Source: Gammaproteobacteria bacterium
GTDB taxonomy: Bacteria > Pseudomonadota > Gammaproteobacteria > UBA9339
Direction of reading: 5' to 3'
NCBI GenBank assembly: GCA_041664965.1
Contig: JBAYJT010000002.1
Coordinates: 2,877 to 66,876, forward strand
Length of the DNA stretch: 64,000 nt
This document shows, piece after piece, positions 1 to 8,955 of this stretch. Each line of letters starts with the position of its first letter. Position 1 is the stretch's first letter. The notes below the pieces were generated by a model, which was given only the letters and a program-made list of their open reading frames with translations, was not told the origin of the DNA and made no database searches. The position numbers and the translations under genes are program-made.

Positions 1-1
1 T

Positions 2-289
2 ATCCACACAAAGGCCAAGGAACTGCGTAGCTACTTAGAAAAAGCTCTTAATTATCTCAAAGAAAGAAATGACAAAGCTTATCAGGAATATCACGAGCGC
101 CGCCTAGTCGAAATGGGCAACGACGTTATAATGAGCTATCTTCTGTGCATCGACGCTTTAAAACTAGATCGCAAAAAAATCATTGCACATCTCTTCATCA
201 GCAAAGCCATACCGAGAGTCAAAGCGAGTATGGAGTTCATTCTCTCTGGCGACCATAGCGTGGCGGAATTTCGAGAGAGTGTTATATGA
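2..289 (+). CDS. acyl-CoA dehydrogenase-like protein, C-terminal end only (5' part outside window)
   Basis: The frame is open from the window edge to TGA at 287-289. The tail ...DRKKIIAHLFISKAIPRVKASMEFILSGD... resembles the C-terminal helical extension of long acyl-CoA dehydrogenases. The stop overlaps the next ATG (ATGA). Confidence 0.35.
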   Translation: MHTKAKELRSYLEKALNYLKERNDKAYQEYHERRLVEMGNDVIMSYLLCIDALKLDRKKIIAHLFISKAIPRVKASMEFILSGDHSVAEFRESVI

Positions 290-1047
290 GAATTGGCATA
301 CTTGGAGCCATGAATGAAGAAATCGCCCTGCTTCAAGAGATCATGGTAGTCAAAAGTATAAAAGAGCTAGCAGGACGCATCTTTTACATAGGATCAATTA
401 ACAATATCGAAACAGTTTTGGTGTTAGCTAAAGTAGGCAAAGTAGCCGCAGCCATCACTACCACTCTTTTAATCCAAGAATTTGCTGTAGATGCCATTCT
501 TTTTACTGGACTTGCTGGAGCAGTTGCTCTTGACCTAAACATTGGAGACATCGTTGTGTCCAATACTTTAGTTCAACACGATTTAGATGCTAGTCCCATT
601 TTCCCACAATACGAAATTCCTTTACTCGGCATATCTTCTGTAGATGCCTCTCAGATTTTAAATCAGCAATTGCGCACAGCTATTCAGCATTTTCTACAGA
701 ATTCTTTTCACCAAAACATTGAACCTAAGATGCTATCTTCTTTGGGGATCACAGAACCAAAACTACATTTTGGAACCATTGCTAGCGGCGATCAATTTGT
801 GAAAGAGGCGGCAATAACGCATAAAATTCGCACTGACTTTACAGACGCCAAGTGCGTGGAAATGGAAGGGGCAGCTGTTGCACAAGTTTGTTACGAATGG
901 GGCTTGCCTTTTTCAGTTGTGCGTATTATCTCCGACAAAGCAGATCACTCAGCTGATATAGATTTCCCAAAATTTCTTGAAGTAGCTAGCATATATTCCA
1001 GAGAAATAATCAATTCTTTGCTGCAATCTAACCTCTCACTTAAATAG
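286..1047 (+). CDS. mtnN: 5'-methylthioadenosine/S-adenosylhomocysteine nucleosidase
   Basis: MRIGILGAMNEE...GKVAAA...GDIVVS...VEMEGAAVAQVC...RIISDKAD is collinear with E. coli MtnN/Pfs. Confidence 0.88.
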   Translation: MRIGILGAMNEEIALLQEIMVVKSIKELAGRIFYIGSINNIETVLVLAKVGKVAAAITTTLLIQEFAVDAILFTGLAGAVALDLNIGDIVVSNTLVQHDLDASPIFPQYEIPLLGISSVDASQILNQQLRTAIQHFLQNSFHQNIEPKMLSSLGITEPKLHFGTIASGDQFVKEAAITHKIRTDFTDAKCVEMEGAAVAQVCYEWGLPFSVVRIISDKADHSADIDFPKFLEVASIYSREIINSLLQSNLSLK

Positions 1048-1112
1048 GCAAATTGTCATGCAATAGATCAATTAATTTAGATGTAGAGTAACAAGAAGTT
1101 TTACTCTTTGCT

Positions 1113-1733
1113 CTAAATCAAATTCAGTTTCTTCAATTCCAAACTAAGATTTTCCGGAGAAGTAAAATGTAAACCATGCATACCAATGTCCTCCGCACCT
1201 TTGACATTGACTAATCTATCATCGATAAATACCGTTTCCCCAGCCTTCAATCCATTACGATTTAAAAGAATTTTATAAATTTCCGGATCAGGTTTTATGA
1301 CTTTCTCCTCCCCCGAAACGACAATATCTAAAAAATCCTCTAAAAAAGCAAATCTACTTTTGGCATGATGAAAGGTCTCGCAAGACCAATTGGTAAGAGC
1401 GTAAAGATTAATTTTATTTTGCTTAAGCTCTTTTAAAATCGCTACCGTCTCAAAGATTTCACTACCTAGCGTTTCTGGCCAACGTTTTTGATAAGCCTCG
1501 ATTAAATGCTCTTCGTGAGGATATTCTTTGGAAAACTCTCGTATCGTCTCATTCAAAGGCTGACCAATATCTTCTTTTTTACTCCATTCTTCATTGATGA
1601 CACGCCCTAAAAAATCTTCCATTTTAGCTTCATCGGGAATCAATTGTCGATAGAGATACCGCGGGTTCCAATCAATTAGTACTCCGCCTAAATCAAAAAC
1701 TACATTTTTAAAAATTAATTTATTATCTAACAT
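1113..1733 (-). CDS. HAD-superfamily hydrolase (subfamily IA-like)
   Basis: It has the N-terminal DxG motif (VVFDLGGVLIDW), a later LTNW motif and a C-terminal FIDD motif. Confidence 0.75.
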   Translation of the reverse strand: MLDNKLIFKNVVFDLGGVLIDWNPRYLYRQLIPDEAKMEDFLGRVINEEWSKKEDIGQPLNETIREFSKEYPHEEHLIEAYQKRWPETLGSEIFETVAILKELKQNKINLYALTNWSCETFHHAKSRFAFLEDFLDIVVSGEEKVIKPDPEIYKILLNRNGLKAGETVFIDDRLVNVKGAEDIGMHGLHFTSPENLSLELKKLNLI

Positions 1734-1734
1734 A

Positions 1735-2511
1735 TTAAATTTGCGGTAACTCCCAACGATCTTTAAATTCTTTGTAAATAGTTTCTGGTAATTGTACCAA
1801 AACTGGCTTATGAGATGGTTCTAGCCAAACACTAATTTCTTTCACTAAATTCACATCCAAGGAGGTGCAACCTAGCGTCGGAGCGTTAGCGGCCCCAGCA
1901 TGTACAAAAAAACAAGAACCAGATCCTGGTGTAGGATGTTCATAGTTATTATTAATCACAAAACCAGCTGTGTAGAAACCATCTTGCATAAGCTTATACA
2001 TATCTTCTGCGCTAGACCAATCTTTTTGCACAGATTTAGTATCGACTAGGCGATTATAAAACTTAGATTTTGGATCATCTGGACAAAAAGTTGTATTAGC
2101 TATTTGCACATAAGGCAATTTAACTTCTGCATCTTTGGCATTATCTTTGCCAAAAGCTAAATTAATAGCAAAAACCCCGACTGGCGTTTTCTTGGCTCCT
2201 TCCACAACCTGAGGCCCTTCGGTTAAAGCAGATCCATGTAGACCAATGCCCCAACCCATGCCATTAGCGCCTAAATTAACTGGAATAGCGTCGCCAACTT
2301 TGCGCCAAGGATATTTAAGCGACGCTCTTTCAAAACGTTGTAGATTGCCACTAGTTGCATTCCAATCTTTAGCTGTAACCAAAACCATCTGCGTCGAACC
2401 ATTGGTCGGATTAATCAACCAACCTTTTAAATTGGTTTTGACATAAAAAGCCGCTGCCGCTAGAGCCAATAAAACAACAACAATAACAGTCCAAATAATT
2501 TTTTTGCGCAT
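1735..2511 (-). CDS. L,D-transpeptidase catalytic-domain-like exported protein
   Basis: The start is trimmed to MRKKIIW, which has an AGGAGA RBS 6 nt upstream. An N-terminal membrane/signal helix is present. The C-terminal FFVHAG...LGCTSL resembles the His/Cys active-site motif of YkuD-type enzymes. Confidence 0.55.
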   Translation of the reverse strand: MRKKIIWTVIVVVLLALAAAAFYVKTNLKGWLINPTNGSTQMVLVTAKDWNATSGNLQRFERASLKYPWRKVGDAIPVNLGANGMGWGIGLHGSALTEGPQVVEGAKKTPVGVFAINLAFGKDNAKDAEVKLPYVQIANTTFCPDDPKSKFYNRLVDTKSVQKDWSSAEDMYKLMQDGFYTAGFVINNNYEHPTPGSGSCFFVHAGAANAPTLGCTSLDVNLVKEISVWLEPSHKPVLVQLPETIYKEFKDRWELPQI

Positions 2512-2621
2512 AAAAATTCTCCTAAAATATAAAGTTACAACAACAATAATCATAATCCAGGATAGAGTTAGAAAGCAATTGAAAGTATGGGCAGATCATA
2601 TCGTGACTTTTAGCTTATATA

Positions 2622-3851
2622 TTAAAACGTCCCATACGCAATAGTCGCGTCTAGTTCCGGAGCATAATACCGCGTCCTTCCTTCCTGTCTTGCTGTAACA
2701 AGAGTATATTGTGCCAGTATAGCCAAAACATTAGAAACATAATTGGTAGCTTTATTAACTTTTTTTGCCAATTTAGTGACCGACACTTCGCCCAACTCTA
2801 CCACTGCACGTAAAACTTGCTCCTCGCCATGCGATAGCTTATTGCGTTTGACTCTATCTTGCGCTAATTGAACTATCATCGGTTTTGCAATATCTAAAGT
2901 AATGCGATCAGTTAAATCGCCAACTGATAACGCATTGAACAACCGTCGTAATAGTCCAAATATGTAACGCAATCGTCCTTTGGTAATATCGTAAAGATAT
3001 GAAAAAACCACCTCATCAATTGGAAACTGAGCCTTAGGATTAACGCGATAGTAGTTTATCCTTTTGTGCACCAATTCCATAAACTCTGTTTTTTGTAACG
3101 CGTTGATTTCTATTTCATGGCCGATTATGTCGTCTAATCGATCGACTTGTTGGGCAATGAATGGTCTTAAACCTACATCCCCCACTAATAACCAACTGAT
3201 ACCGTTCGTTTGAAAGTAATCTCGCATTGCATTGAAAAGATATTTTAGATGGTCTTCGTTATGAATAGTTCCAACATCAAGATTATTTAACTGTATTATT
3301 GTTCCGTATTTGTACCCGGCGGACTGAATAAGTGCGGATAAATCTTCTAAATGATGTCCCAACACAGATGATGGAACTATCGTTGGCTGCGAAACAATAC
3401 CGCTAGATTTACCATAGTTAACGCCAAAACCGAAAGCAGAGATACCAAAAGAACGGTAAGCTTCAGCAATCCGTAACGATAAAGCTTTGGTTTCTTGAAA
3501 ACGTTTATCCTTAACTATTTTAGATGGTAAAGATAATTCTATTTCGCGCACGATGTTAGAAAGTATGACAGCGAGTAAAGTTTCTAAATTCCAATTTGGT
3601 TCAACACGAATTTCATTTTTAGGCGTAAAATATAATTCTTTTGCTTGTGCAGAAAACCGTAAATAATTTGCAAAAGAAGTAGTTCCTATACCTCTTGCTC
3701 CTTCAATAACAACTAGCACATTTTTTTCACCCAACACAGCATCGCATGTTTTAATATCAGCTTTATGCCCAACATATATTGGTAAAGTTACTTGAGAGAT
3801 TGGATCAGTTGAAAAAGGGTTTTCTTTAAACCCCAGAGACTCCCATTTCAT
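2622..3851 (-). CDS. ExeA/AAA_22-like ATPase with C-terminal winged-helix domain
   Basis: The start is trimmed to MKWESLGFKENPF (GAGGAA RBS). The N-terminus LGFKENPFSTDP plus GARGIGTTS resembles the ExeA-type 'FGLxExPF...GxxGxGKT' layout, but the Walker A Lys is replaced by Thr. The C-terminus (EEQVLRAVVELGEVSVTKLAKKVNKATNYVSNVL...) looks like a MarR/ArsR-type wHTH. Confidence 0.6.
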   Translation of the reverse strand: MKWESLGFKENPFSTDPISQVTLPIYVGHKADIKTCDAVLGEKNVLVVIEGARGIGTTSFANYLRFSAQAKELYFTPKNEIRVEPNWNLETLLAVILSNIVREIELSLPSKIVKDKRFQETKALSLRIAEAYRSFGISAFGFGVNYGKSSGIVSQPTIVPSSVLGHHLEDLSALIQSAGYKYGTIIQLNNLDVGTIHNEDHLKYLFNAMRDYFQTNGISWLLVGDVGLRPFIAQQVDRLDDIIGHEIEINALQKTEFMELVHKRINYYRVNPKAQFPIDEVVFSYLYDITKGRLRYIFGLLRRLFNALSVGDLTDRITLDIAKPMIVQLAQDRVKRNKLSHGEEQVLRAVVELGEVSVTKLAKKVNKATNYVSNVLAILAQYTLVTARQEGRTRYYAPELDATIAYGTF

Positions 3852-3872
3852 AATTTCCTCGCAATAATAGTC

Positions 3873-3892
3873 AATATTACACAATATTACAC
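3873..3892 (-). promoter_or_regulatory. perfect tandem 10-bp direct repeat (AATATTACAC x2; GTGTAATATT x2 on the gene strand) in the leader of the ATPase-wHTH gene
   Basis: Read directly from the sequence. It lies about 20 nt upstream of the RBS of 2622..3851. Confidence 0.5.
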
Positions 3893-3980
3893 TATTTATC
3901 TACATTATACAATTATTTAATTATATAATACATTTCCCGTGAGGTATTGTGTAGCATTTAGGAGAAAAATCGACATATTT

Positions 3981-4493
3981 TTACCATCCATTATGATGAA
4001 TCCGCGTTTTGTCAAAACGATCTGCTGCAACCTGCTCCACATCCGTATAGCCAAGTGGAATAATATTTAATGGAAAAATGTGGTCTGGCAAATTCAGCAT
4101 TTTGCGAAGGCCTGCCACCCTATCTTCACGCGGAAAAGCGCTAACCCAAACAGCACCAAGACCCAAAGCTCGCACAGCAAGTAAAATATTTTGTGTCGCT
4201 GCTGCCATGTCTTGCTGCCAAAAAGCCGGATTTTTAGCAGTCGAAGAAATATCGGCACAGGGAACTATCGCCATGGGCGCCCCTAAAAACATCTGTGCAT
4301 AAGGGTGAAATTCTGGCACTGAATCTAACTTAGCGCGATCATCGATAACAACAAAATGCCAAGGCCGACCATCGCTTGCCGACGGCGCGCTCATAGCCGC
4401 CCGCAAAATCTTTTCAATAATCTCCGCCGGAACTGGCGTAGGTAAAAACTTACGCACGCTGCGGCGTGTAAACATAGCTTCAAAAAGTTCCAT
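3981..4493 (-). CDS. nitroreductase family protein
   Basis: MELFEAMFTRRSVRKF... has the typical nitroreductase N-terminus. Length is 170 aa. Confidence 0.85.
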   Translation of the reverse strand: MELFEAMFTRRSVRKFLPTPVPAEIIEKILRAAMSAPSASDGRPWHFVVIDDRAKLDSVPEFHPYAQMFLGAPMAIVPCADISSTAKNPAFWQQDMAAATQNILLAVRALGLGAVWVSAFPREDRVAGLRKMLNLPDHIFPLNIIPLGYTDVEQVAADRFDKTRIHHNGW

Positions 4494-4592
4494 AGTTTTC
4501 TCCTAATGAAAATTAATATATAAACTTATTCTAACACCTCATTTTTTGGTAAGATACTCAAAATAAAAAAACCAATCATAAGGAAGGACTAT

Positions 4593-6347
4593 ATGCCAAA
4601 ACAATTGAACAACGATGAAATCATCCGAGCTGTAATTCCAGAACACATTTGCCAGCTAATTGGCCAAAAATATTATAACAAAATACCCACAGCTGTTGAT
4701 TTTGAACACATCATTCACAGTAAAACATTTTTAGAAAATCCTACTGACGACATCGCCCTCTTTAGCGATCACGGCTTAAACCATGTAAAAAACGTAGCTG
4801 CACAAGTACCCACAATTTTGCGATGCGTACAGGGAATTCACATACCAAAACGTAGTCCAACCCGACTGAAATTCATGGAGCAATATGGCATTATTTTAGG
4901 TTTTATTCACGACATAGGCATGTCGAATGTTTCAGCCTTTGGACGAGCTATGCATGGAGAATTTGTAGCACAAGAAGTTTTCATGCCCAATTTTGAGCCT
5001 ATTTTTAAGCTTCTTTGGGAAGAAAATATAGGAAATATCCCTTGGCTTCTATCTAATTTACATAGCGAAAAACACTTGGTAGAAAAACCTAAAGTTGTCT
5101 TTAGAGAACTTCTCGCCCTCGCCTGTTGCCATCGTAAACAGCTAGTCCCTGTTAGTGTTTTAAACAGCGCCTCCGCTTTACAAGCTAAAGTACAATTTTT
5201 CATATCGAACACTTTAGAACATCAATATGAAGATAAAAAAAATCCAAAAAACACACCCAAAACTGACAAATCAAATAATAAAATTTTAAAACGTCTTGGT
5301 CTATTCTATAAAAATTTCCCTGAAGCATCCTTTAGTTGGTTAAAAAGCAACGACAACAAAATTCAAGAGTTAATTTTCGATATTGTAGACACAATAAGAA
5401 TTGTGCGTTGCGCTGACGGGTTGCGCCAACGCGGTACAGAACTGAAAACGTCAGCACAATTTCAAATTTTTATTAATCAATTTACAGCAAGCGCTGTTTA
5501 CTCTTTAACAAGCAAAGATGGTCGCATGTATTTTCTGGAATCAGAAAAGTCAGTAAATAGCGGCGAATCTAATGTTGCTAATATGTATTTCACCAAAGAA
5601 GGCGATTTGCGCTTTTCCTTCCATCGCGGCTATTTTCATTCAGAAGAAGCCACTGAACGTGGCCTTTTGTCTCTACAAAAATTAATCATTCAACTGGACA
5701 ATGACATATCCGACACATTTAGCCGTATTGGACTTACTAATGACAAAGAAAAATTTAAAGCACATAAACGCCCCTCGCTGCTTCTAGAAACAACCGAAGA
5801 TAGACCTAAATTCACTAAGCGTTTGGTTGAAAACATAGTAAAAGCCAAACCTGAACTCGCTAAATTCATAGTTCAAGTACCATCTTTGAAATTAGCCTCA
5901 CCTACAGAATATTCTGCGTATATGAATGCTGATTCCGTTACTTGGAATACGAAAGAAAAACGCTCTTTTCTGAAAAAAATTGCAGCAAACGGCCATAAAA
6001 TCACACAGATTGACATAGAAAAAGCTTTTACCCACAGCAAAATAATTCAAATTAAAGCCAACGCTTCTGTGTTTGACGCTAAAACATCACCTGCATTCGT
6101 CTATTTCCCATTTTCTTACGGCTTAGAGGGCTACCCTACTGGTAGCTATAGTCCATTCAAAGTCGCTCCCTGGACGCCATTAGGAAGCACTGGGGCTATT
6201 CGCGGCGACATCCGCAATGCCACTGTTGTAGCCAAAAAAAATGTGAAATTATTAATGATACCCCAAGAAGATTATTTGCAATACTGGCATGCAATGTATT
6301 CGGTAGACGAGTTCGTAAAGGCAATCAAAGAAAAGAAAATAATGTAG
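4593..6347 (+). CDS. HD-domain protein with a C-terminal cyclic-nucleotide-binding-like region
   Basis: It contains the metal-ligand pattern DHGLNH...GFIHDIGM...CADGLRQRG (H...HD...D). The C-terminal GSTGAIRGDIRNATVVAKKNVKLLMIPQEDY resembles the phosphate-binding cassette of cNMP-binding domains. A GGAAGG RBS is present. Confidence 0.5.
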   Translation: MPKQLNNDEIIRAVIPEHICQLIGQKYYNKIPTAVDFEHIIHSKTFLENPTDDIALFSDHGLNHVKNVAAQVPTILRCVQGIHIPKRSPTRLKFMEQYGIILGFIHDIGMSNVSAFGRAMHGEFVAQEVFMPNFEPIFKLLWEENIGNIPWLLSNLHSEKHLVEKPKVVFRELLALACCHRKQLVPVSVLNSASALQAKVQFFISNTLEHQYEDKKNPKNTPKTDKSNNKILKRLGLFYKNFPEASFSWLKSNDNKIQELIFDIVDTIRIVRCADGLRQRGTELKTSAQFQIFINQFTASAVYSLTSKDGRMYFLESEKSVNSGESNVANMYFTKEGDLRFSFHRGYFHSEEATERGLLSLQKLIIQLDNDISDTFSRIGLTNDKEKFKAHKRPSLLLETTEDRPKFTKRLVENIVKAKPELAKFIVQVPSLKLASPTEYSAYMNADSVTWNTKEKRSFLKKIAANGHKITQIDIEKAFTHSKIIQIKANASVFDAKTSPAFVYFPFSYGLEGYPTGSYSPFKVAPWTPLGSTGAIRGDIRNATVVAKKNVKLLMIPQEDYLQYWHAMYSVDEFVKAIKEKKIM

Positions 6348-6367
6348 GGAATAGGCATTCCTACTCC

Positions 6368-8266
6368 CTACTCGTCATTATGGGTTTGATCGGTTGAAAA
6401 AATCTTGATTTTCGCCTTCTGCATCCAGCCATTTATCAAAGTGGAATATTCGTATTGCCCTATTTTGCTCTTTAACCCTTCGGCAAAAGAGGAGCGTTCT
6501 GCAGATGGCACAGTTTTCGTATCGCCAAGATAAACTTTATCCAAAATTAAAACAGCCAAGTCGCCATTAGATAGCGGTAGGGAATAAGCATGCATATTCC
6601 CTACCATAGTTAATTTAAACGCGGCTTTTAGCATTTCGCTAGACAATCTCTTGTCTTGTCTAGTTACCCCAGCTGCGCTTTGCAAAGTTAAATTATATTT
6701 CTTAGCTACTTCCACTGGTTTAGAACCGCTATTTAGCGCTGCCAAAATATTTTTCGCAGTATCTTCTGCCATTTTTTGAGCTTCTTCTGAACGTAATTTT
6801 TGTTCTATAACGCTTCGCACTTCAGCCATAGACCTTACTTTAGCAGGAATGTGTTCTTTAAGACGTAAAACCACTACATCGCCCGATGCAATTTCTATTG
6901 GGTTGCTGTTGTAACCCTGCTTCAGAACAGCATCGCCAAAAGCAATTTTGAAAATCTTGGGGTTCGCAGCAAGACCAGATTTTCCGCCTGTGCGGGTAAA
7001 AGATTCTGTCTGACGAATGGGCAAATTTAGCTCTTTGGATGCGGGGAGCAAAGAATCAGAGTTTGTGTAGGTCAAATCAGTTAATTTGTCATTAGCTGCA
7101 GTAAAAAGCTCTAAAATTTTGCCTTGCATATAGGCTTTTTCAACTTTGGCTTGAACTTTGCTCAAAGGCTCTGTTTGAGCAGCATCAACTGCTAAAATTT
7201 TCACAACGTTGTAGCCTTCTTGCGTACGAAATGCTTCTGAAACTTGTCCGGTTTGCAGTTTTTCCACTTCTGGGGCAAGGTCAGATGCCATTTGGTTGTG
7301 TGCTAACTTTGTAATGCTATAATTACTTGGCATCAATGTAGCAAAATCACCACCAGAACGCGCATCTTTTGCTACGCCATCCAGTTTAGACTTAGCATTT
7401 GCAATGTCGCTTTCTTTAGAACCTTCTGGAAGTTTTATTAAAATTCGCGCCACTTGCCAACGTTTGGGCTGCGTATAAATATCGATGTTTTTTTCATAAA
7501 ATTTATTAAGGTCACTTAAACTTGGCTTCTTCACTGTTTTGGCTAACTCGCTTCCGAGCAGTTCAAGATATTCAATACTAACGCTTTCTTCCGTCATAAA
7601 TTCTTCTTGATGTTTTTTATAATACTCTTGTATTGCTGCATCAGTAATTTTAATCTGTGGTAAAAATTTATTTTGCAGAAGAACAAAATAACTAACATCG
7701 CGTTTCTCACGATCAAATGCTAAAGCTTCTTCAACCTCGCTCGGTAAAACAAAAGCGCTATCTGAGACAGCAGCATTGAGCTGGGCAGAAATCATCGTCT
7801 TACGCGTTTGGTCGAAAAAAGCTTCTTCGGAGTAAGACATGTTAGTAAGGATATTTTGAAATTTTTCGTAGGAAAACTGCCCATCTACTTGAAAATAAGG
7901 CATGTGTGTAACAATAGCACTGACTTGCTGATTACCAACATAAAGACCTAAATCTTCAAAATCACTAGATAGGACAGTATTGCGAATTAAATCTTGTAAA
8001 ACCTGCTGCTTTAAAGATTTTTGAGCTTCTTGATCGAGATAAAACTTGCTACCTTGTTTAGCGACCATGGCTTGACGAGCTCTTTCATAAGCCGCCTTAA
8101 ATTCTTGCTCTGTGATTTTTGTGCCGTCCACTTTAGCAACACCATCTTCAGCAGAATTTCCTCTAAGATAGTTTTGAATTCCCCACAATGCAAAAGTTAT
8201 ACAAATTAAGGCTACGATTACACCAGCAATAATGCCCTGAGTGCGTTCTCGCATACTTTGCAACAT
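6368..8266 (-). CDS. ppiD: periplasmic chaperone / peptidyl-prolyl isomerase PpiD
   Basis: It has the N-terminal anchor MLQSMRERTQGIIAGVIVALI... and is 632 aa. It sits in the conserved position next to hupB. Confidence 0.88.
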   Translation of the reverse strand: MLQSMRERTQGIIAGVIVALICITFALWGIQNYLRGNSAEDGVAKVDGTKITEQEFKAAYERARQAMVAKQGSKFYLDQEAQKSLKQQVLQDLIRNTVLSSDFEDLGLYVGNQQVSAIVTHMPYFQVDGQFSYEKFQNILTNMSYSEEAFFDQTRKTMISAQLNAAVSDSAFVLPSEVEEALAFDREKRDVSYFVLLQNKFLPQIKITDAAIQEYYKKHQEEFMTEESVSIEYLELLGSELAKTVKKPSLSDLNKFYEKNIDIYTQPKRWQVARILIKLPEGSKESDIANAKSKLDGVAKDARSGGDFATLMPSNYSITKLAHNQMASDLAPEVEKLQTGQVSEAFRTQEGYNVVKILAVDAAQTEPLSKVQAKVEKAYMQGKILELFTAANDKLTDLTYTNSDSLLPASKELNLPIRQTESFTRTGGKSGLAANPKIFKIAFGDAVLKQGYNSNPIEIASGDVVVLRLKEHIPAKVRSMAEVRSVIEQKLRSEEAQKMAEDTAKNILAALNSGSKPVEVAKKYNLTLQSAAGVTRQDKRLSSEMLKAAFKLTMVGNMHAYSLPLSNGDLAVLILDKVYLGDTKTVPSAERSSFAEGLKSKIGQYEYSTLINGWMQKAKIKIFSTDQTHNDE

Positions 8267-8287
8267 AGGATAATCCTCTGAAGAAAA

Positions 8288-8364
8288 TGGCGGAGCGGAC
8301 GGGGATCGAACCCGCGACCTCCTACGTGACAGGCAGGCGTTCTAACCAGCTGAACTACCGCTCC
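8288..8364 (-). tRNA. tRNA-Asp (GTC)
   Basis: The reverse complement GGAGCGGTAGTTCAGCTGGTTAGAACGCCTGCCTGTCACGTAGGAGGTCGCGGGTTCGATCCCCGTCCGCTCCGCCA folds as a cloverleaf with an encoded CCA. Confidence 0.95.
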
Positions 8365-8374
8365 ATTTCTATTT

Positions 8375-8450
8375 TGGTGGGTGCTGAGGGGCTTGAACCC
8401 ACGACCCTCGCCGTGTAAAGGCGATACTCTACCAACTGAGCTAAGCACCC
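8375..8450 (-). tRNA. tRNA-Val (TAC)
   Basis: The reverse complement is GGGTGCTTAGCTCAGTTGGTAGAGTATCGCCTTTACACGGCGAGGGTCGTGGGTTCAAGCCCCTCAGCACCCACCA. Confidence 0.95.
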
Positions 8451-8473
8451 TCAAACTTACAAACTTAAATCTG

Positions 8474-8505
8474 CAAAAAAAACCTCGGTATTGCTACCGA
8501 GGTTT
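8474..8505 (-). terminator. rho-independent terminator downstream of hupB
   Basis: The stem is AACCTCGGTA/TACCGAGGTT with a 4-nt loop, followed by a T-run on the minus strand. Confidence 0.75.
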
Positions 8506-8536
8506 GATTTTAATAAAAATCGATTCGATTGCAATC

Positions 8537-8812
8537 TTACTTGTCAACCGCATCTTTTAGCTGTTTGCCAGCTTTAAACTTCGGTACCATTTTAGCACGG
8601 ATGCTGATGGTCTTACCAGTACGTGGATCGCGGCCCATACGAGCTTTGCGTTTACCAACGCTGAAAGTACCAAAACCGACTAAAACGACAGGATCTTTCT
8701 TGGAAAGCGCTTTGGTTATGGCGGCAATTACCGCATCAACGCAACGAGCAGCTCCAGCTTTTGGAAGATCTGCATTTTTAGCTACAATTTCGATAAGTTC
8801 TGTTTTGTTCAT
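8537..8812 (-). CDS. hupB: DNA-binding protein HU-beta
   Basis: MNKTELIEIVAKNADLPKAGAARCVDAVI...GFGTFSVGKRKARMGRDPRTGK is canonical HU. Confidence 0.95.
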   Translation of the reverse strand: MNKTELIEIVAKNADLPKAGAARCVDAVIAAITKALSKKDPVVLVGFGTFSVGKRKARMGRDPRTGKTISIRAKMVPKFKAGKQLKDAVDK

Positions 8813-8955
8813 TGTTTAGACCTCAATTTATCCATTAAACGATTGTTTATAAAAAAATCCTACGAACGCTGCGCGCCCGGGGAATCAGTTGCCCGTATAA
8901 CATACCAATAGCTAAACCTGGCGTCAAGCGTGATCAAAAGAAATTTTTTATTTTT

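Noticed and set aside
8218-8454. 78-aa minus-strand ORF overlapping the ppiD start region
   Set aside because: It is a translation of the tRNA-Asp and tRNA-Val genes, which fold into canonical cloverleaves.
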